A stretch of DNA of 64,000 nt from a bacterium. Its GTDB lineage: Bacteria; Electryoneota; JAOADG01. The stretch covers positions 1,344,001 through 1,408,000 of the forward strand of contig OY820579.1 in assembly GCA_963681965.1 (NCBI GenBank), given 5' to 3'. The translations under genes and the position numbers were made by a program. Shown in pieces: positions 41,183-50,811 of the stretch (the first letter of the stretch is position 1; each line of letters opens with the position of its first letter). The notes under the pieces were generated by a model, which had not been told where the DNA came from, searched no databases, and saw only the letters and a program-made list of their open reading frames with translations.

Positions 41183-42656
41183 AGTTTCGGTATTGCGAAA
41201 TCAATCGGAAATCGTACTTCGCTGCAATTCCGGCGAATACGAATTGTGCTGGAACGATCAATCGGCGCGGTTGACACTTGGTGCCGAACGCAAACTGACT
41301 TGTTCCTCAGTCATTCGAACACCTTGGTGTCGTCGCACCTATTTGGGTGATCATCCGATACCAGATAGTTTCCCGGTTGGTGTCATTGGTAAGAGTGAGA
41401 ATGGAATTGTCAGCTCGCGTCGGTGGTTGTGTTTGGAGACAACCGACCAAATCGAGAGTACCGATCCGTTATATACTCAAGCTTGTGCGATTGCGAATTC
41501 CGAAGCTACCGACGCGATCCTATCCTATCGGGATGAACGACCCAAGAGCGAAGATTTCATCACAATGGATTGGCAGAAAATTTCCACTCCCGTAGTATTT
41601 CGACCCCTTACTGACGATGCAACAATCGAGATTAAAAAAGTGCGAGTCGGTATCGGGTTTCATTGGGATACCTCACGCGATTTACTATATCGCGGAGAAA
41701 TTTCCATTCACCTTCTCGCTGATGGTTTGTGTGCAGTTATTTCGACCCCTCTGGAAGAGTATCTTGCAGTAGTGAATAGTTCTGAAATGCCCGCCGACTT
41801 ACCCCTCGAATTCTTGAAAGCGCAGACCGTTGCTGCGCGGAGTTGGTTACTGGCAAATTTGGGAACTCACCATCCCGGTGCTCCGTTCGATGTATGTTCG
41901 GATGATCACTGTCAGTGTTATCATGGTGCAATTAAGATAAAAGAGCACAGTTTACAAGCGGCGCGGGAAACCGAAAGTGAAATATTGGTGACACGAGATA
42001 CTGCTGACAACCGACGTATAACCGACGCGCGCTATGCGAAAACATGTGGGGGACGGTTTGAACCGGGTAATCGAATCTGGGGTGGAGAAACCCCTGGATT
42101 GCTCTATTCCCACGATCATTCCGATTTATCTCAAAAATCTCCGATTGCCTCGGAAACCGAAGCTTCATCAGTGATTTTGGACGAATCGATACCCGATTAC
42201 TGTAACCCAAAAAGGTTTCCCTATCCCGCATCATTAGCGTATTGTGAACCATTTTACCGCTGGCGTAAAGAACATTCTAATGCTCAAATTGCCGAATGGA
42301 TTAAACGATCGACTGGAATTGAAGTAGGTTTCATCCACGCGATTGAACCACTGAGACGTGGACCATCCGGACGATTACACCATCTCCAAGTGGCAGGTCA
42401 TCTGGCAACGGTTGAATTAAAGGGTGAATTGGCAATCCGTCGGGCGTTATCCGATTCTCATCTTCCCTCTTCCGCATTTGTGGTCGAAATTGTTGCCGAT
42501 CGAATTGTTATAGCGGGCGCGGGATGGGGACACGGAGCCGGTTTGTGTCAGACCGGAGCAGCCGTACGAGCTGGTTTGGGACAGGATTATCGAACAATTC
42601 TGTCGGCGTATTACCCGGATTCGCAAGTCGAAAAAGTACTTCAGGTAGAGCGATGA
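41172..42656 (+). CDS. SpoIID/LytB-domain protein
   Basis: LEEYLAVVNSSEM, LKAQTVAARS, DVCSDDHCQCYHG, RGPSGR, GAGWGHGAGLCQTGA, ILSAYYP. Confidence 0.9.
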   Translation: MNIKVSVLRNQSEIVLRCNSGEYELCWNDQSARLTLGAERKLTCSSVIRTPWCRRTYLGDHPIPDSFPVGVIGKSENGIVSSRRWLCLETTDQIESTDPLYTQACAIANSEATDAILSYRDERPKSEDFITMDWQKISTPVVFRPLTDDATIEIKKVRVGIGFHWDTSRDLLYRGEISIHLLADGLCAVISTPLEEYLAVVNSSEMPADLPLEFLKAQTVAARSWLLANLGTHHPGAPFDVCSDDHCQCYHGAIKIKEHSLQAARETESEILVTRDTADNRRITDARYAKTCGGRFEPGNRIWGGETPGLLYSHDHSDLSQKSPIASETEASSVILDESIPDYCNPKRFPYPASLAYCEPFYRWRKEHSNAQIAEWIKRSTGIEVGFIHAIEPLRRGPSGRLHHLQVAGHLATVELKGELAIRRALSDSHLPSSAFVVEIVADRIVIAGAGWGHGAGLCQTGAAVRAGLGQDYRTILSAYYPDSQVEKVLQVER

Positions 42657-44167
42657 ACATTCCCGACGACAAACCTTTACCGCAGCTCTCGTCGTCAAAA
42701 GTCGAGCGGTTAGAGAAGTATCGCCGCTGGAATACCAGTTGGCTGGGGCGTGTCGATAGTTATTTGATTACTGCGATTGTTGCGTCGATCATGGGTTTGT
42801 TCATGCGATTGTTTCAACGGACAAGAGTGTATCATCGCGAACGCTTAGATTTTGTAAAACTTCCCACGATGCTGTTGCCAAATCATGTTTCGATTGCTGA
42901 CGATTTCTTCTTGTGCCCTCCGATATTTTATTGGCGAAGCATCTTCCGCTATGGCTGGATGCCGTATCATGCCCCGGAGGAAAAGAATTTTTTCAAGGGT
43001 AAAATTCTCAGTTACATGATGCGGAAATTAAAATGTGTACCGCTAACGCGTGGTGCCGGATTTATGCAGCCAGGGCTAGTGCGATTGATGGAATTAGCGC
43101 ATACCGATAATATGCTGTGGATGTATCCCGAAGGCGGTCGCACCCGAACTGGCGATATCAACCGTGGAAAAGCCGGTGTGGGCATGATTTTGTATCGGAC
43201 GCACGCCCAAGCCATTCCGATTTATCACACCGGTCTGCACGAAGTACTTCCAATCGGATCCAGGTTTCCTAAGTTGTATAAGAAAATCGATATCATCGTC
43301 GGCAATCCGATCGATTTTGAGGATTTGTTTCTTCTCCCGGATGAACCGAAAACCTGGCAAGCGATTGCTGATCGAATTACGATTAAACTCTCCGAGTTAC
43401 GCGATGAATTGGATGAAATTCTCGGAGTGAAAAAAAATCTGATTTCTGATTCGAGTGTCGACGATACCGTTGGAGAACAAAGAAATAGTGGAAGAATACC
43501 AATCCCGTTAATAAAGAATATTGCTCCACGGGTTCGCTGGTACGACCTGAAATGGCAATCGACGCTTGCTAACTATCTGACGGTGCTGCGATTAATTCTG
43601 GTGCCGGTATTTGTTTACTTATTCCTCTCGGAAAATTTGTTTACCCAGATTTCGGCGACATTAGTTTTTATTTTTGCCGCGATCACCGATGCAATTGATG
43701 GATACGTGGCTCGGAAACGCAATGAGGTTACCAATTTTGGTACTTTTGCCGATCCACTGGCAGACAAGCTCTTGACAATTACCACTTTTTTTCTGATTGC
43801 ATTTCGAAAAGAATTCTCGGCATTTTTCCTGAATCTTTTCGTGTTTATCTCTTTGATTGCTACACGTGAAATTGGAATTACGATGTTGCGAATTTGGGCA
43901 ATCGATCAAGGGGTACCGGTCAAAACATCGGTGTGGGGTAAAGCGAAAACCGGAATTCAACTCGGAACATTGATTGGAACACTGCTCTATTTTAATGTGC
44001 GCGATATCCTCGAAAAATACGGAATCGAAGTAGAGTATTTAAACGATAAAACGATGGTTCCGGTATTGCACGGTTTGTTTTTCCTTTGCCTTGTGATCAC
44101 GATAATTTCGGGTTTTCTTTATCTCAGGAACCTCTCCTTTCAGAAAAAGAAAAGAAACGATCAATAG
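42653..44167 (+). CDS. Fusion: tafazzin-like LPLAT acyltransferase + CDP-alcohol phosphatidyltransferase (PgsA / CMP-forming cardiolipin synthase family)
   Basis: ATG 42653 overlaps the SpoIID stop (ATGA). N-domain NHVSIADD, YPEGGRT; C-domain ANYLTVLR, DAIDGYVAR-x7-FGTFADPLADK, REIGIT.LR, GKAKT..Q; continuous frame. Confidence 0.85.
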   Translation: MNIPDDKPLPQLSSSKVERLEKYRRWNTSWLGRVDSYLITAIVASIMGLFMRLFQRTRVYHRERLDFVKLPTMLLPNHVSIADDFFLCPPIFYWRSIFRYGWMPYHAPEEKNFFKGKILSYMMRKLKCVPLTRGAGFMQPGLVRLMELAHTDNMLWMYPEGGRTRTGDINRGKAGVGMILYRTHAQAIPIYHTGLHEVLPIGSRFPKLYKKIDIIVGNPIDFEDLFLLPDEPKTWQAIADRITIKLSELRDELDEILGVKKNLISDSSVDDTVGEQRNSGRIPIPLIKNIAPRVRWYDLKWQSTLANYLTVLRLILVPVFVYLFLSENLFTQISATLVFIFAAITDAIDGYVARKRNEVTNFGTFADPLADKLLTITTFFLIAFRKEFSAFFLNLFVFISLIATREIGITMLRIWAIDQGVPVKTSVWGKAKTGIQLGTLIGTLLYFNVRDILEKYGIEVEYLNDKTMVPVLHGLFFLCLVITIISGFLYLRNLSFQKKKRNDQ

Positions 44168-44485
44168 AATTTTATTATTAATTTTACGGTTTGTTGATTT
44201 TTACTAACAATCTTGATAATTGACAATATAAAACATGTTTAACTACTGATAGAATGTTAATTATTCTTGCACTCCATCCGTTACTTCATCTTGCTCCTTA
44301 CTTAAATATTCTTTAATGAGGATTGCAATCCCCTGCTGCTACACACTATACAAAAAGTAAGTAAAAATTTATTGAAGATTTACACTGATCAAATGATGAA
44401 TATCATTTTGTCAGTTATCTTTGTAACGATCCTAGTCGCTGATTATTCCTTGGAAACGATACCGATAACTGGCTCTAATTCTCAT

Positions 44486-44512
44486 TAATTTCTCGATAAA
44501 ATATGCCGAAAT
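44486..44512 (+). promoter_or_regulatory. Possible sigma-28 (FliA)-type promoter
   Basis: TAAT-N15-GCCGAAAT against consensus TAAA-N15-GCCGATAA, upstream of an operon that ends in a chemoreceptor. Confidence 0.3.
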
Positions 44513-44800
44513 AAAAAATGAATGTCGAGTAGGCGTAGTGTTTTTGAAGCAGTTGAACAAACGGACAGTAAAAAAAAATCCTCATCGAGAACTCTGCAAT
44601 TTTCGAGAGATTTATATGTATTTTGTGAGTACTAGATCGTGAAGTTGGGGTTGTCTAATATAAATTCTAGTACTCTTTTTTCAACGTTCCCATTCAATTA
44701 CCACCGACGCTTAGTACTCCGCATCATTCAATCAACTACGATGTAAACAAGCACTTCTAGATCGAAATTCTTGAACAAATTAACATAGAATGGAGGCAGA

Positions 44801-46048
44801 ATGTCAATGATTGGTAACAGTATCCAATCCTGTCGAATCGTTAACGCACTAATCGTGATCTTGATTGTTGCGATCGGTGTGGGAACCATTCAGGCATCCA
44901 CTGGCATAAAAACCTATGGATATTTTTCGGTCAATTATGAGGATGTCGGGAAGCTACCTGATAAAACGAATAGTCCCGGTGAGTTTACCTATCCTCATCT
45001 AAATCTTATGTTTCAAGCGACTTCGGGGAATAATTTTCGAACATACGTCAACTTATCGGGTGATGATGCTGATGTCATCAATGTGAGAAATTACTGGGGT
45101 GAGTACGTTTACCGCGATTATTTAAAGTTCCGCGCGGGTAAGATCTATCGTCCCTTCGATCTATTCAACGAAAAACTCGACGCAGTACCAACATACCTTG
45201 GTATTGAACCTCCGGAATTGTTTGATAAAGATCATTTACTGCTTCCTCGAACCGATAACTTTCTCGTTCACGGAAACATCCCGCTATCGGGTAACATGTT
45301 GAAATATGCCGTAATGACCGGGAATTCTGAAATCGTATCCAACTCGCGACCGGTCTCATGGGATTTGAATTATAACGTTGAAAATTATCTGATCGGTACT
45401 TCCGGATATTATTCCAACGAAAAAGATGGTCCGGTGATGGGAGTTGGTGAAGGATCCCCTAATGGTGGTATTCTTCCTTGGATGGCAAGTGATAAATATT
45501 CTGTCTTGGGTGGCTATGCGCAAGCGAAGTTTGGTGGTCTATTAGTCCAAGGTGCATATTGGACAGCCAAGCACAATGCCGTTCGTGATCCAGCGAAAGT
45601 CTTGTCGATCAATCGCGGTAGATTGAACCAGCGTCAATTGGAACGATTCGGTCTGGATGTTGCTTCGCCAACGACCGCCGATGTCAAGACAGAAGCAAAA
45701 TATGATATCAATACGTATTACATTCGCTTCGGCTATACTCTACCCGAAGGTTTCATTCCCGGTGTGACTTGGGAATTGACACCGTTCTTGTTCCTCGATT
45801 ATTACAGCAATCCGGAGACGATCGCGAAGAAGTCGGATGGCGGCGATAACGAAGCTGGTGTGTCGGACGATGGTAAATTTACCAAGCCGACCATCGGTAT
45901 TGCTATTCGTCCCAATTCAAGCGTTGCGTTGAAAATCGACGCTAGTACGCATCAATATAAATGGACCGATCCAGCAGATGTTGCAGCCGGTTCGAAAAAT
46001 GTCCATTATGAAGAAATCCGCTTCGATCTATCTTTCTTCTTCGAATAA
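44801..46048 (+). CDS. Outer-membrane porin-like beta-barrel protein
   Basis: GGAGG RBS, signal peptide, TYGYFSVNY first strand, LKFRAGKIYRPFDLFNE, terminal strand IRFDLSFFFE. Confidence 0.7.
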   Translation: MSMIGNSIQSCRIVNALIVILIVAIGVGTIQASTGIKTYGYFSVNYEDVGKLPDKTNSPGEFTYPHLNLMFQATSGNNFRTYVNLSGDDADVINVRNYWGEYVYRDYLKFRAGKIYRPFDLFNEKLDAVPTYLGIEPPELFDKDHLLLPRTDNFLVHGNIPLSGNMLKYAVMTGNSEIVSNSRPVSWDLNYNVENYLIGTSGYYSNEKDGPVMGVGEGSPNGGILPWMASDKYSVLGGYAQAKFGGLLVQGAYWTAKHNAVRDPAKVLSINRGRLNQRQLERFGLDVASPTTADVKTEAKYDINTYYIRFGYTLPEGFIPGVTWELTPFLFLDYYSNPETIAKKSDGGDNEAGVSDDGKFTKPTIGIAIRPNSSVALKIDASTHQYKWTDPADVAAGSKNVHYEEIRFDLSFFFE

Positions 46049-46068
46049 GAAACAATGAAAGGGAGAAC

Positions 46069-46506
46069 ATGAAAATGTATCGGTTTATCGGTTGTTTATT
46101 GTTGGTGGCAGTGCTGTCAATGGCTGCTTTCGGTCAAACTGTGATCATCGTGAATAGTGCCAATCCAGTTAAGGCTGCAACTCGCGCAGAAATTGCCAAT
46201 TTCTATCTTGGCAAGACCACACAATGGAGCGATGGAACGAAAGCAGTGCCGATCGATCAAAAGAAATCGTCACAAGCTGGAGCTATGTTTCTCGAGAAAA
46301 TCGTCAAAATGAAAGAAAGCGATTTCAAGAAAACATGGGTCGAGAAGATGTTATCGGGCGAAGCCGAACCATTGCAGGTGAAAGGTTCTGACGACGAAGT
46401 TGTCGAATTTGTAAAAGCGAATACCGGTGCGATCGGGTATATCAGCGCAAAGTCGGTTGCAGATGGTGTTAAAGTCTTGCCAATCGACGGCAAAAAAGAG
46501 TGGTAA
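46069..46506 (+). CDS. Small single-domain PstS/PBP-like periplasmic protein
   Basis: Signal peptide; VIIVNSANP, FYLGKTTQWSDG, EVVEFVKANTGAIGYI. Confidence 0.8.
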   Translation: MKMYRFIGCLLLVAVLSMAAFGQTVIIVNSANPVKAATRAEIANFYLGKTTQWSDGTKAVPIDQKKSSQAGAMFLEKIVKMKESDFKKTWVEKMLSGEAEPLQVKGSDDEVVEFVKANTGAIGYISAKSVADGVKVLPIDGKKEW

Positions 46507-46602
46507 CAACGTTAGTTAACAAGTAGGTACTGTAGGAAGTGGATTATCGAATTGGATAGTCCACTTCCGAACGGTAAGTCGAATAAAAAATCTAGGTGAT
46601 CC

Positions 46603-49044
46603 ATGATCCAGGAAAATTCGAAACTCTTTTCCATCAAGGGAAAATTGATTGTATTGATGACAACCTTCACCTTGTTGATCTCTACTTTCACATTTTTTTA
46701 TTTTCCTGCCAAGCAGAAAACGGTTCTTGAGCAGGAAAATCAAGCACGAATTAGCACTGTAACCGAAATGGTTGCATTGGGTGCTGGCATTGGACTTGGA
46801 ACGGATCAGCTGATCGTCGTCAAGAATGTTTTCGATTGGGCGAAACTGGACAGCAATTTGAAATATATCGCGGTACTGGATAAGTCCGGTGATAAAATTT
46901 CTCAATTCCCCAAAGATCTTCAATTGGATATTGCAGCACTGAAAAATGCTGGTGATATCTCACGCGATAACGGCATCATTCGCGTCGTTAAAGAAATCAA
47001 GTACAATAATCAAATGATCGGTACCGTTCTGCTGGGTGCCGATTTGTCCGCGTTAAACAATGAACTATCGAGAACGCGTGTCGCTGCTGCGATCGTCAGC
47101 TTAGTTATCCTAATCTTTGGTGTCATCGTATCCACACTATTGGGCGGATATTTTAGTAAGCGGCTCGGCAAATTGGTATCTCTAGCCGACGCAGTTAAAT
47201 CGGGTGACTATTCGACTCGTTTGGACGATTCTGGACAAGACGAGATCAAATTACTCGGCAATTCCATGCTGGAAATGAGCACTGTACTGCAATCCAAGGA
47301 ACAAGAAGTCAATTCCGCTTTGAATGAAGCCAATGAAGCAAAGGAACGCGCAATGTCGGCACTGCTCGATTCCGAGGCGAAAGCCGCTTCGTTGAATGAG
47401 ATGGGTCGGGAATTGCAGGAGAAGCAAAGTGAAATCGCCGGTGCATTGGAAGAAGCAAATGTTGCGAAAGAAAGAGCTGTTGTGGCACTACGCGATTCCG
47501 AAGCAAAGGCGACATCGTTAAATGAAATGAGTCGTACTCTGCAAGGTAAACAAGATGAAATTGCTTTTGCCCTCAAAGATGCCGAAGTCAAAGTTTCATA
47601 TTTAAACACGATCCCTGCACCGATCATGACGATGGACACCGAGTTGAATCTGGTATTTATGAACAAATGTGCATTGGATGCCGCTGGTACGACAATCGAT
47701 GTCATTAAAGGACGAAAGTGTTTCGACTTTTTTAAGAATCCACACTGCAACACCGATCAGTGTTGTTCGATGAGAGCAATCCGAGATCAAAAAGTTCATT
47801 CCAGTGAAACAACTGTGACAGCATGGGGAAAACAAGTTCCGATTATGTACACCAGCGCGTCACTTACCGATCATAACGGCAATGTCACAGGCGCATTAGA
47901 GTACATTAGCGATATTTCCAATATTCGCAAGGTTGTCGACGAGGTTAGTACTGTCGCGGCACGGTTGCAAAAAGGCAGCTTAAAGGATCGAGTCTACGTC
48001 GAAGGAGCTGAAGGTGATTACAAACGCCTAATCGATAGTTTTAATTCCGCGATCGACAATATTCTTAAGCCGATCGATGAGACGATTTCGTGTTTGAAAC
48101 ACCTTGCCGAGGGCAATCTAACTGTTCGCATTACCGGTGACTATTCCGGCGACCATGCTGCGCTCAAGGAAGCATTGAATTCTACGCTCGAGCAATTGAA
48201 CGAGCTATTGATCGAGATCAACGTTACAGTCGATCAGGTAACAACGGGTGCAGAGCAGGTTAGTTCTGCAAGTCAGTCCCTTTCGCATGGGGCAAATGAA
48301 CAAGCGAGTTCGCTCGAGGAAATCTCGTCGGCGATGACTGAAATTGGTGCCCAAACGAATCAAAATGCTTCGAACGCCACCTTTGCCAATAAGCTTTCCG
48401 ATGAAACCAAAGAAAAAGCCGAGTTGGGCAATAAACACATGAATCAGATGTTGAAGGCGATGAATGATATCAATGAATCGTCCTCGCAGGTTTCGAAGAT
48501 TATTAAGGTGATCGATGAAATCGCATTCCAGACTAATCTCCTCGCGTTGAATGCCGCCGTTGAAGCTGCCCGTGCCGGTGAGCACGGCAAAGGCTTTGCC
48601 GTTGTCGCAGAAGAAGTTCGAAGTCTGGCACAACGGAGTGCGAAAGCTGCGAAAGAGACTTCGGAGCTGATTGAAGGATCGAAGAGCCGTGTCGATAACG
48701 GAACTAAAATTGCCCAACAAACCGCGAAAGCGCTTGAGGAAATTGCGTCTGGTGTACGGAAAGTATCCGACTTGATTAACAATATCAACTCCGCTTCCAG
48801 CGAACAGGCTGCCGGATTTGCTACGGTCAATACCGCCTTGTCGACTGTCGATCAAGTCACGCAGTCGAATTCCGCAATTGCCGAAGAAAGTGCCTCGTCA
48901 TCGGAAGAATTGACTAGTCAGGCGTTGCATGTACGCGACTTGATCTCGCGATTCAAAGTGAGCGACAGCGATGGATCCAATCGACCGATGCGTACCCGAT
49001 CAATTTCCGCATCGACTAATCGCGGGTTAAGAAGGTTCTCATAA
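46603..49044 (+). CDS. Methyl-accepting chemotaxis protein (2 TM, periplasmic sensor, HAMP, coiled-coil repeats, PAS, HAMP, MCP signal domain)
   Basis: [44 protein letters not shown]; HAMP DEIKLLG; [12 protein letters not shown]...FMN. Confidence 0.95.
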   Translation: MIQENSKLFSIKGKLIVLMTTFTLLISTFTFFYFPAKQKTVLEQENQARISTVTEMVALGAGIGLGTDQLIVVKNVFDWAKLDSNLKYIAVLDKSGDKISQFPKDLQLDIAALKNAGDISRDNGIIRVVKEIKYNNQMIGTVLLGADLSALNNELSRTRVAAAIVSLVILIFGVIVSTLLGGYFSKRLGKLVSLADAVKSGDYSTRLDDSGQDEIKLLGNSMLEMSTVLQSKEQEVNSALNEANEAKERAMSALLDSEAKAASLNEMGRELQEKQSEIAGALEEANVAKERAVVALRDSEAKATSLNEMSRTLQGKQDEIAFALKDAEVKVSYLNTIPAPIMTMDTELNLVFMNKCALDAAGTTIDVIKGRKCFDFFKNPHCNTDQCCSMRAIRDQKVHSSETTVTAWGKQVPIMYTSASLTDHNGNVTGALEYISDISNIRKVVDEVSTVAARLQKGSLKDRVYVEGAEGDYKRLIDSFNSAIDNILKPIDETISCLKHLAEGNLTVRITGDYSGDHAALKEALNSTLEQLNELLIEINVTVDQVTTGAEQVSSASQSLSHGANEQASSLEEISSAMTEIGAQTNQNASNATFANKLSDETKEKAELGNKHMNQMLKAMNDINESSSQVSKIIKVIDEIAFQTNLLALNAAVEAARAGEHGKGFAVVAEEVRSLAQRSAKAAKETSELIEGSKSRVDNGTKIAQQTAKALEEIASGVRKVSDLINNINSASSEQAAGFATVNTALSTVDQVTQSNSAIAEESASSSEELTSQALHVRDLISRFKVSDSDGSNRPMRTRSISASTNRGLRRFS
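47272..47592 (+). repeat. Intragenic tandem repeat, 126-bp (42-aa) unit, about 2.5 copies
   Basis: Units start at 47272, 47398 and 47524: [12 protein letters not shown]...[10 protein letters not shown] / [12 protein letters not shown]...[10 protein letters not shown] / [12 protein letters not shown]. Confidence 0.85.
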
Positions 49045-49081
49045 AATAACTCTTATCTTCTGTAGAAATATTGAGTTAACT

Positions 49082-49115
49082 GGGCGGTGTTATCGTCAAA
49101 CACCGCCCTTGTTTT
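49082..49115 (+). terminator. Intrinsic terminator
   Basis: GGGCGGTGTT-atcgtca-AACACCGCCC followed by TTGTTTT. Confidence 0.7.
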
Positions 49116-49201
49116 ATTCACTCGTAGCCTACCAACGGATTGATTGAGCCGGTCGTATCATTAGTAGTTCATATCGTAAACTATAATGGAAGGGTACGGC
49201 A

Positions 49202-49576
49202 ATGGTACAGCATTTAACCAAAGCAACATTTTTAACGCAAGTGTTCGATTTCGAACATGAATCGGCATGGCAATTCAAAGGAACAAAACCGGCAATTATC
49301 GATTTCTACGCCGATTGGTGTGGTCCTTGTAAAGCGGTTGCTCCGGTTTTAGAAAAACTTGCTGGAGAATATTCCGATAAAGTCGATGTCTACAAGATCG
49401 ATACCGAAGCAGAACAGGAATTGGCTGGTGCTTTCGGAATTCGAAGTATTCCCAGTATTCTCTTCATACCGATGGAAGGAAAGCCGATGATGCATGTCGG
49501 TGCTTTGCCGAAGGAAGCGTTTAAAGAAGTTATTGAACGCGATCTACTTGGTTCGACTAATTCGGTTTCTGCATAA
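49202..49576 (+). CDS. trxA: Thioredoxin
   Basis: IIDFYADWCGPC, FGIRSIPS. Confidence 0.95.
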   Translation: MVQHLTKATFLTQVFDFEHESAWQFKGTKPAIIDFYADWCGPCKAVAPVLEKLAGEYSDKVDVYKIDTEAEQELAGAFGIRSIPSILFIPMEGKPMMHVGALPKEAFKEVIERDLLGSTNSVSA

Positions 49577-49599
49577 TTCAATATTAATTTGAAGATTGT

Positions 49600-49640
49600 A
49601 AAAGAATAAGGGCGACCCTAATGGTCGCCCTTATTCTTTT
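49600..49640. terminator. Bidirectional terminator
   Basis: AAAAGAATAAGGGCGACC-ctaat-GGTCGCCCTTATTCTTTT between convergent genes. Confidence 0.8.
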
Positions 49641-49677
49641 ACAAAGAACCAACTACCAATTTCTAAGTACTACTAAT

Positions 49678-50784
49678 CTACTGGTGTTGATACGAATAGG
49701 TCGTCGAGAAATTATCCCATTTCAATTGATAATATCCGACTCCGGCAGAATCAACTTCCGCTTTCATGAAGATCGAGTCGGCATAACTGAATTCGGTATA
49801 CCAACTTCCACTGCTATTTCGCAGCGAAGAGCCGGTAATTGCCCAGCGAATCGGAGTCAAGTCAAGCGCAGTACTGATGCCACTTCCGGTCCACCGGTAA
49901 TATGCACTATCCAACGCTACCGGTTGAATAAAAGTACCAGTGAGCCAATAAGAATAATCGTTCAATGCCCCACCCCAACCGCGACCAAAATAGGTCAGAT
50001 CGAAGCGAGCTGTACCCGACAATTTCGCAATCGAATCGGTTGTCAATCGCTTACTGTTTACTTCGTAGCTATATTTCCCGTGATGCACCGTATCACCACC
50101 GTAAAGATCCCAGCGATACCAACTCGAATCCTGAGTTCGCGTTGGGTAGCGCCAGATATCCGGATTGAACCGCACGCTCTCCGCTAATGTATCTGCAGTG
50201 GTCTTTTTGTAATTGCCATTCGTTTGCCTGAGAAATTCGGTCGTGTCGGGATACGAATGAAGTGCACCATAGCCGTGTTGAAATTGATCGACTAATAAGG
50301 TGATTTCGTATATCCGATCTAGTATCGGGGGGGCAATCGCTGTCTGATCGCCTTGAGTAAAGGTGTGAATCACCACACTGTCAGTATTGGTGTAGGGTGA
50401 ATTGCCATAAGAATTAAAGGCATACACCCGGTAATAAGTGAGCGTGGTTAAATTGACCGTCGAATCGGTAAACCGAACGACATTGGAATCGACGACACCT
50501 AACACCGAATAGCCAGTATCGCTTAACACTTTTCGATCAATCCGGAATCCGGCTTCGCGTTGCGAATTATCCTGCCAAACTAGCAATACCCGATGCGATG
50601 AGATAATTTCTGCTTGAAAACTAGTTGGTGGAGCCGGGATCGTTGTGTCGGGATAAGTGGTAGTTGTATCGGTATTATTGTGATTCGACACCGGATTCTT
50701 ATTGCTTTCTTTTTTACATGAAGAGAACGCCAGAATCAGTAGGATAGTGAACAATGTGAAAACACCGAACCATCTGGATTTCAT
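49678..50784 (-). CDS. Lipoprotein with a fibronectin type III domain
   Basis: Lipobox FSSC; PAPPTSF...LVWQDNSQREAGFRIDR...YYRVYAFNSYGNSPYTN. Confidence 0.75.
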   Translation of the reverse strand: MKSRWFGVFTLFTILLILAFSSCKKESNKNPVSNHNNTDTTTTYPDTTIPAPPTSFQAEIISSHRVLLVWQDNSQREAGFRIDRKVLSDTGYSVLGVVDSNVVRFTDSTVNLTTLTYYRVYAFNSYGNSPYTNTDSVVIHTFTQGDQTAIAPPILDRIYEITLLVDQFQHGYGALHSYPDTTEFLRQTNGNYKKTTADTLAESVRFNPDIWRYPTRTQDSSWYRWDLYGGDTVHHGKYSYEVNSKRLTTDSIAKLSGTARFDLTYFGRGWGGALNDYSYWLTGTFIQPVALDSAYYRWTGSGISTALDLTPIRWAITGSSLRNSSGSWYTEFSYADSIFMKAEVDSAGVGYYQLKWDNFSTTYSYQHQ

Positions 50785-50811
50785 GTAATACTCTCCTGCC
50801 CGTCTGATTTG

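Noticed and set aside
42524-42652. 43-aa N-terminal extension of the lipid fusion ORF given by the track
   Set aside because: It overlaps the conserved SpoIID C-terminus; ATG 42653 gives a standard ATGA coupling.
44168-44800. Long AT-rich gap as a possible ncRNA or riboswitch
   Set aside because: Only a short inverted repeat (AGTACTAGA/TCTAGTACT) was seen; no recognisable RNA family.
47208-48855. Several 128-216 aa minus-strand ORFs
   Set aside because: Antisense shadows of the MCP coiled coil.
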